From contig DASSXV010000034.1 in NCBI GenBank assembly GCA_035703635.1, forward strand, positions 1-63,037: a stretch of DNA of 63,037 nt, in the 5' to 3' direction. Each line of letters begins with the position of its first letter. The first letter of the stretch is position 1. Of the stretch, positions 56,638 through 63,037 are shown in pieces. Origin of the DNA: Trueperaceae bacterium. Its GTDB lineage: Bacteria > Deinococcota > Deinococci > Deinococcales > Trueperaceae. Under the pieces are notes generated by a model. It had not been told where the DNA came from, ran no database searches, and was given only the letters and a program-made list of their open reading frames with translations. The position numbers and the translations under genes were made by a program.

Positions 56638-57864
56638 CTAGCGCGTAAGGAGCGCGTTCAGGTCCGTCTGGGCCTGTTTGAGCGCCGCTGCGGAATCGGA
56701 TGCCCCCGTCATGACGGCCGTGAGTGCGTTGTTGATGGGCGACATGTAGTCGGTGCCCACCTTGCCGAACTGGAAACCGTAGACGTTGCCGTGAGATGCG
56801 CCCTCGAACACGATCTTGTTCGCTTGCGCCTCTGCGGTGTCCTGCTTGAAGTAGTCGTTGTCGGATAGCGCCTTACGGCTTGGGATGGCGAGGCCCTGCT
56901 CGAGGATGAACTGCTGCGCTTCCGGGCTCGTGAGGGCGTCTAGGACCTTGACCGCGGCGTCTTGCACCTTGGTGTCGGCGTTGATGGCCCAGGCCACCGT
57001 GTAGATGAAGTTGCCGCTCTCGCCCGTCTTGGGCGACTTGGGCAGGAACGATGCGCCGTACTGCAGGTTGGGGGCGTTGTCGCGGAGGAAGCCGAGGATC
57101 CAGGCGCCCTCTATGGCAACGGCGGCCTGCTCGCGTGCGAGGCAGTCGCCTGGCCAGCCCGCCCCGACGTCAGCTGGCTGCACCGCGATGCCTTTGGTGA
57201 CGAGCCCGCTATAGAAGTCGAACGCGTCTGCGAACGCTGGTGACGTGATGTCGGCGCCACCGTCCGTGGTGAAGGTCGTCCAGCCGTTGGCGAACGCGAA
57301 GGCTCCGAGTCGCGCCGTATCGGCGGCGATGCAGGCCCCGTAAGTGTCCGGCTTGAGGGCCGCTACCTTGGTGAGCTTGGCCTCGAAGCTGGTCCAGTCG
57401 TCGTCTGCGTTCGGGTAATCGGTGCCGGCGGCGTCGAACATGTCCTTGTTGTAGAAGACGGCGAGGGTGTTGAAGTCCTTGGCGATGCCGTAAACGTGGC
57501 CGTCCTGCGTGAAGACGGCGTTGAGGGTGTCGATGAACGCGCTCGTATCGACCAGGCCCTCGAGCGGGAGGAGCTTGCCGGTGGCGATGAAGCCTGGCGC
57601 CACCTCGCCTGGCACGTAGAACACGTCGCCCGCCGTGCCTGCCGAGAGCGAGTTGACAAGCACCGTGTTGTAGTCGGTCTCGATGGGCTCGTACTTGATG
57701 GTGATGCCTTGATCGGCGAGCCCCTTGCCGATGACCTCGTCGATGAGGCGTTGCACGATGGCCGGGTCTTGGCCGCCGTAGCCTTGTACGCGGACTATGG
57801 TCTGGGCGTTCGCCCAACTGAAGGCGAACAGCGTCGCCAGTAGTGCCGTCACTAATCGTCTCAT
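56638..57864 (-). CDS. Carbohydrate ABC transporter substrate-binding protein
   Basis: Signal peptide MRRLVTALL..ANA; motifs YGIAKDFNTLAVFYNKDMFD, EGAW; GGAGG RBS. Confidence 0.9.
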   Translation of the reverse strand: MRRLVTALLATLFAFSWANAQTIVRVQGYGGQDPAIVQRLIDEVIGKGLADQGITIKYEPIETDYNTVLVNSLSAGTAGDVFYVPGEVAPGFIATGKLLPLEGLVDTSAFIDTLNAVFTQDGHVYGIAKDFNTLAVFYNKDMFDAAGTDYPNADDDWTSFEAKLTKVAALKPDTYGACIAADTARLGAFAFANGWTTFTTDGGADITSPAFADAFDFYSGLVTKGIAVQPADVGAGWPGDCLAREQAAVAIEGAWILGFLRDNAPNLQYGASFLPKSPKTGESGNFIYTVAWAINADTKVQDAAVKVLDALTSPEAQQFILEQGLAIPSRKALSDNDYFKQDTAEAQANKIVFEGASHGNVYGFQFGKVGTDYMSPINNALTAVMTGASDSAAALKQAQTDLNALLTR

Positions 57865-57991
57865 GGTTCCTCCGGGTCGTGCCCGATGCTTGCCCGCTGG
57901 TGGCGGGACGTACGGTCTTCGCACGTCAGCTTTCATGCCCGCTGTTGGGCGCTCGCTGGTGTGCGCTTCGCAGCGATTCACTCCTGGCGAC

Positions 57992-59032
57992 TCACTCCCT
58001 CCTCCTCGCGGTGGTGCCGCGGGCGACGAGTTGAATGGGAACCGTCTCGCTTCTCACGGGCAGTCCTTGCAACCCCTCGACGAGGAGCGTGACGGCGGTG
58101 TCGGCGATGTGCGCGATGTCTTGGCGCACGGTAGTGAGGCCCTCGGGAACGTTGAGGCCGTTAGAGATCTCTGGTAGATCGTCGAAGCCGACGACCGAGA
58201 CGTCGAGCGGCACCCTCAGCCCGAGGTCCTCTAGGGCGGCGATGGCGCCTAGGGCCATCTCGTCAGACGCCGCGAAGATGGCGCTGCAGCGGCAGCCCCC
58301 CTCGAACGCGCGCCGAACGACCCTGTACCCCCCGAGGATGGTGAACGAGCCGTCTAGCAGCCACTCGCGCTTGGGGGCGATGCCTGCCTCCGCCAAGGCC
58401 TCCAAGTAGCCGCCGTAGCGGTCCTGGAATGCTTGGTGGCTCATCAGTCCGCCGAGGTGGAGGATCTCTTCGTGCCCGAGCGCGAGGAGGTGGCGTGTTG
58501 CGTGGAGTCCGCCTGCGTGATCGTCTGGCGCTACCCAACGCGCGCCCGCGGAGCGGCCGACGAGCACGAACGGCACGCCCTGGCTTTCCAAGTACCTGAG
58601 GCGGGGGTCGTCCTCGTGTGCGCCGTGAAGGATGACTCCGTTAGGGAGCCAGGCGGGCAGGCCGTCGCTGCGGGCGGGCACTTCCTCGAAGCGGAAGCCT
58701 TCGCGCTGCAGTCGGCCGATGAGGTGCTCGAGGAAGAGCATGAAGAACGGGGTGAGGCGCCGCGTGTCGGCAGCGAGGCTCAGACCGATGTGCAGTGGCG
58801 CCTTGGAGAGCGTGCGCGCGGCGTGATCTGGCCTGTACGAGAGGTGAGCGATGCTCGCCTGAACGCGCCGCATGGTGGTGGGGCTGACGCCTGGGCGGCG
58901 ATTGAGGACGCGCGACACGGTTCCGATGCTGACGCCTGCGTGCTCAGCCACCTGTTGGATGGTGGCGCGTTCGTTAGCGCGTTCACCGGCGCCCTGGTTG
59001 GGTGCGGCGGCCTTATCGCGAGCGATACGCAC
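57992..59032 (-). CDS. LacI-family transcriptional regulator
   Basis: HTH TIQQVAEHAGVSIGTVSRVLN; motifs ASDEMA, VPLDVSVVGFDD, LTTVRQ. Confidence 0.9.
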   Translation of the reverse strand: MRIARDKAAAPNQGAGERANERATIQQVAEHAGVSIGTVSRVLNRRPGVSPTTMRRVQASIAHLSYRPDHAARTLSKAPLHIGLSLAADTRRLTPFFMLFLEHLIGRLQREGFRFEEVPARSDGLPAWLPNGVILHGAHEDDPRLRYLESQGVPFVLVGRSAGARWVAPDDHAGGLHATRHLLALGHEEILHLGGLMSHQAFQDRYGGYLEALAEAGIAPKREWLLDGSFTILGGYRVVRRAFEGGCRCSAIFAASDEMALGAIAALEDLGLRVPLDVSVVGFDDLPEISNGLNVPEGLTTVRQDIAHIADTAVTLLVEGLQGLPVRSETVPIQLVARGTTARRRE

Positions 59033-59082
59033 TCCTGCCTCCCTGCCGCGCTTGGCTGCCGAGCCGGTTGGCTGAAGCGGCT

Positions 59083-59094
59083 GTAAGCGCTTAC
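59083..59094. promoter_or_regulatory. LacI-family operator O1
   Basis: Perfect palindrome GTAAGCGCTTAC just downstream of the minus-strand promoter. Confidence 0.8.
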
Positions 59095-59110
59095 GAGTGC
59101 TGGTAGCTGC

Positions 59111-59139
59111 AGGATAGACAAGGGTGCGGGCAATGTCAA
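59111..59139 (-). promoter_or_regulatory. Sigma-A promoter of the LacI-ABC-glycosidase operon
   Basis: TTGACA-17 nt-TATCCT on the minus strand. Confidence 0.8.
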
Positions 59140-59205
59140 TCGAGTGAGCGAATCGGCGTTGTAGACGATAACTTTATGACCGACGACGCAGGTCGGCCGC
59201 CGTGC

Positions 59206-59217
59206 GTAAGCGCTTAC
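59206..59217. promoter_or_regulatory. LacI-family operator O2
   Basis: Second identical GTAAGCGCTTAC palindrome. Confidence 0.75.
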
Positions 59218-59462
59218 GGACTTCGCGCATTTCGGCGCTGCTCACCGCGATTCGAAGCGTGGATCGTCGGTGTCAAGCGCTGCTCGATCCCGTGCTACAC
59301 GCGCAATCGCAGACGGCGGAGTGGCGCCGAGTCCGAGTTTCGAGCACGGTAGCGACTGCCTCGCCGAGGAACGTCGCCGATCCCTGCCCGCCGCCGAGGC
59401 CGCAGCCACCGGGCTTTCCTGCTTTTCGCCCCCACGATTCCGCTAGTCGGCAGAGACCACGC

Positions 59463-59492
59463 TTGACAAGGTTCGCGACCAAGGTGTACTCT
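59463..59492 (+). promoter_or_regulatory. Promoter of the stand-alone 23S rRNA unit
   Basis: TTGACA-18 nt-TACTCT, followed by a boxB-like hairpin and boxA-like AACATTGACA. Confidence 0.7.
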
Positions 59493-60149
59493 TACCTTTG
59501 CCGCTCGAAAGACCGGCGAGAACATTGACAGGCGAATAGAAGGCAAGACATCAGGGCTCGAACGAGCACTTGTTCCCGTAAGGGACGAGAAATCGAACGA
59601 GCTGCGAATTGGGTTTTTTTAAACCTGAATCGCGTGTCTGCTCATACACATCAAAATGAAAATGCAAGAAATGGGTCAAGTTACTAAGGGCACACGGTGG
59701 ATGCCTTGGCAGTCGAACCGATGAAGGACGTGGCTACCTGCGATAAGCCTCGGGAAGCTGGAAGCAAGCGTAGATCCGAGGATCTCCGAATGGGGAAACC
59801 CAGTGGGGCGATCCCCCACTACCCATGACTGAATACATAGGTCATGAGGAGGGAACCCAGGGAACTGAAACATCTAAGTACCTGGAGGAAAATAAAGAAA
59901 CCTCGATTCCCCCAGTAGCGGCGAGCGAAAAGGGAATAGCCTAAACCGACTCCTACGGGAGCCGGGGTTGTAGGACCGGCAACATGGACTCGAGCGTATA
60001 GCGGAAGCGCACTGGAAAGGCGCGCCATAGCGGGTGATAGCCCCGTACGCGAAATGCGCGGAAGACTAGCCGGCACCTGAGTAGCGCGAGCCACGTGGAA
60101 TCTCGCGTGAATCTACGGGGACCACCCCGTAAGGCTAAATATTCCGACT

Positions 60150-60181
<32 letters not shown>

Positions 60182-61609
60182 GTGAAAAGCACCCCGTGAG
60201 GGGAGTGAAATAGTACCTGAAACCGTGTGCTTACAAGCAGTCACAGCCCTATGCATACCTTCGGGTATGAACGGGTGGTGGCGTGCCTCTTGAAGCATGA
60301 TCCTGCGACTTACTGGTAGTGCCGAGTTTAAGCCGATAGGCGGAGGCGTAGCGAAAGCGAGTCTGAACAGGGCGTTCAGGCGCTATCAGTAGACCCGAAA
60401 CCGGATGAGCTAGCCATGGCCAGGTTGAAGCTTCCGTAAAAGGAAGTGGAGGACCGAACCCGTTGAGGTTTAAAACTCTTGGGATGAGCTGTGGTTAGGA
60501 GTGAAAAGCTAACCGAATCCGGAGATAGCTGGTTCTCCCCGAAATAGTTTTAGGACTAGCCTCGGGGGTTCATCGATGGTTGTAAAGCACTGATTGGGCT
60601 AGGGGGCTCACCAGCTTACCAAACCCTGTCAAACTCTGAATGCCGTCGATTCATACCCCGGGAGTCAGTCTGCGTGAGCTAACTTTCGCAGACAAGAGGG
60701 AAACAACCCAGAACGCCAGTTAAGGTCCCAAAGTCATGGCTAAGTGGTAAAGGATGTGGAGACGCTAGAACAGCTAGGAGGTTGGCTTAGAAGCAGCCAT
60801 TCCTTTAAAGAGTGCGTAATAGCTCACTAGTCGAGTGTCTCTGCGCCGAAGATGATCGGGGCTAAGCCATGCACCGAAACTGCGTCAGTGCTGCTATGCA
60901 GTGCTGGGTAGGGGAGCGTTCCGTAGGCCGTTGAAGCGGTACCGTAAGGAGCCGTGGAGGTATCGGAAGTGCGAATGCAGGAATTAGTAACGATAAGAAG
61001 GGTGAGAATCCCTTCCGCCGAAAGCCTAAGGGTTCCTGAGCAAGGGTCGTCCACTCAGGGTTAGGCGGGACCTAAGGCGAGGCCGAAAGGCGTAGTCGAT
61101 GGACAGCAGGTCAACATTCCTGCCCCGCCGTCGTGGAGTGATGGGGTGACGCATTAGGATAGGCCATCCGGAGCTATGGCTATGCCCGGCGGCGTGCGAA
61201 GTCTGGAGGGATAGGCAAATCCGCCCTCCGCGTAGATGACGTACGTCGGGAAGGTCCTACGGGACTGATAACTGGTTGAATCCACGGTGCCAAGAAAAAC
61301 CTCTAAACGTTGAAGCGATGGCGCCCGTACCAAAACCGACACAGGTAGGCGAGTGTAAGAGCACTAAGGCGCGCGAGAGAACCCTGGTTAAGGAACTCTG
61401 CAAAATAGCCCCGTAACTTCGGGAGAAGGGGTCCCACGTGTAAGGTTGTCCGCAAGGATCGCCTGAGGTGGGCGCAGTGAATTGGCTCTAGCGACTGTTT
61501 ACCACAATCACAGCACTCTGCTAACCCTTATAGGGGATGTATAGGGTGTGACACCTGCCCGGTGCTGGAAGGTTAACGGGAGGGGTGCAAGCTCCGAACT
61601 GAAGCCCCA

Positions 61610-61644
<35 letters not shown>

Positions 61645-62297
61645 TAACTTAACGCTAGCTTTAGTAAAACCAAACTATATGCGGGAAACTCCTCAAAAGC
61701 CGAGCGGTACTCGTGGGCCCAAGGGCGCCACAGTAACAATCCGCCGGATACGTGGACAATCCGCAGGGAAGGCTTGGAGTGATGATCACGCCAAGAACCC
61801 TCAGAGACTATACGTTTGGGGTCGACAAGCCCAAGCGGTACGTATGAAACTCGAAGCTCAATGGATTGTCGGATTCGTCGATGGTGAAGGCTGTTTCCAC
61901 GTCGGAATAGCCAAGCACGACGGAATGACGATGGGGGTGCAAGTGCTCCCGGAGTTCACGGTAGTCCAACACGAGCGAGATGCCCAACTGTTGCACGCGT
62001 TAAAGGCGTACTTCGGTTGCGGTGTGGTGCGGAAGAATCACGGAGATCGGCTAGCGTATCGCGTCCGCGATCGCAAGTGTTTGCTCGAAGTGGTTATCCC
62101 GTTCTTCATGAAACACCAGTTGAAGACGACCAAGAACGTTGAGTTCTTGAAGTTCAGACGAGTGATTCTAGCTATGGAGAACGGCAAGCACCTGACACCC
62201 GAAGGCCTCGAAGAGATCAGACATATCGCAGAAGGCATGAACAACGGTCGACCAAGATAGAGTCCGGCCCTCCTGGAAACAGGATGGGAGAATTCCG
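61645..62297 (+). mobile_element. Group I intron in 23S rRNA at position L1931 (E. coli numbering), 653 nt
   Basis: Interrupts CCTAAGGT^AGCGAAATTCC. U before the 5' splice site pairs with G of IGS GCTTTAG, and the intron ends in G. Helices found: P3 CCAAAC/GTTTGG, P4 TGCGGG/TCCGCA, P7 GAGACT/AGTCC, P8 GGTCGAC/GTCGACC, P9 CCTG-GAAA-CAGG, P10 CGCT/AGCG. Confidence 0.96.
61844..62260 (+). CDS. Single-motif LAGLIDADG homing endonuclease, encoded in intron loop L8
   Basis: 138 aa starting MKLEAQWIVGFVDGEGCF; also LKAYFGCGVV, IPFFMKHQLKT.K, HLTPEGL...MN. Confidence 0.93.
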   Translation: MKLEAQWIVGFVDGEGCFHVGIAKHDGMTMGVQVLPEFTVVQHERDAQLLHALKAYFGCGVVRKNHGDRLAYRVRDRKCLLEVVIPFFMKHQLKTTKNVEFLKFRRVILAMENGKHLTPEGLEEIRHIAEGMNNGRPR

Positions 62298-62413
62298 AGC
62301 GAAATTCCTTGTCAGGTAAGTTCTGACCTGCACGAATGGTGTAACGACTGGAGCGCTGTCTCAACCAGGGACTCGGTGAAATTGAATTGGCTGTATAGAT
62401 GCGGCCTACCCGC

Positions 62414-62445
<32 letters not shown>

Positions 62446-62602
62446 ATAGCTTGATGTTGACGCTTGGACTGATCTGTGTAGCATAGGTGGGAGACTGTGA
62501 AGCCGGGCCGCTAGGCTCGGTGGAGTCATCGGTGAAATACCACCCTGATTGGTTCGATCGTCTAACCTGCACCCGTTATCCGGGTGGGGAACAGCGTTAG
62601 GT

Positions 62603-62649
<47 letters not shown>

Positions 62650-62771
62650 GCAAAGGTTCCCTCAGCACGGTCGGAAATCGTGCGTAGAGCGCAAGGGTAT
62701 AAGGGAGCTTGACTGCGAGACGTACATGTCGAGCAGGGACGAAAGTCGGCCCTAGTGAACCGGTGGTACCT

Positions 62772-62826
<55 letters not shown>

Positions 62827-62934
62827 ACCGCCCGAGAGTTCACATCGGCGGCGGTGTTTGGCACCTCGATGTCGGCTCGTCATATCCTGGGGCTGGAGAA
62901 GGTCCCAAGGGTCCGGCTGTTCGCCGGTTAAAAT

Positions 62935-62986
<52 letters not shown>

Positions 62987-63037
62987 GTGGGCGTAGGAAA
63001 GTTGAGGAGAGCTGCTCCTAGTACGAGAGGACCGGAG

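Overview
High-GC bacterial chromosome segment, most consistent with Deinococcota (Trueperaceae-like). This is inferred from a 23S gene with no 16S upstream, an A2057-U2611 pair in 23S, a DdrH-like gene, a fab cluster without plsX, and many TAnnnT boxes 6-9 nt before start codons. From left to right it holds a partial nucleotide-sugar dehydrogenase, ferredoxin, murJ, the yceD-rpmF-fabH-fabD-fabG-acpP-fabF cluster, hisA-mutM-thioesterase, a candidate ~170-nt structured RNA and an SDR. Next come polyamine uptake and catabolism genes in three blocks (potD-potA-C45 hydrolase-2 GNATs; potB-potC-CoA transferase; GNAT-amine oxidase-2 class III aminotransferases-aldehyde dehydrogenase), interrupted by a ribose operon and a large beta-helix lipoprotein. 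Then follow a ROK-regulated sugar ABC operon carrying an amidohydrolase, an argininosuccinate-lyase-like enzyme and a PfkB kinase; ygfA, osmC, ddrH-like, mgsA and a K+/H+ antiporter; pxpA and a pxpBC fusion; and a LacI-regulated glucoside ABC operon. The window ends in a stand-alone 23S rRNA gene interrupted at L1931 by a 653-nt group I intron encoding a single-motif LAGLIDADG homing endonuclease. The best candidates for something undescribed are the lyase-containing sugar-conjugate operon, a putative acetylation-dependent polyamine pathway, the intron, the unrecognised ncRNA, and two apparent non-canonical start codons (ATC in mutM, CTG in a GNAT). All calls come from motif recognition by eye; no searches were run.
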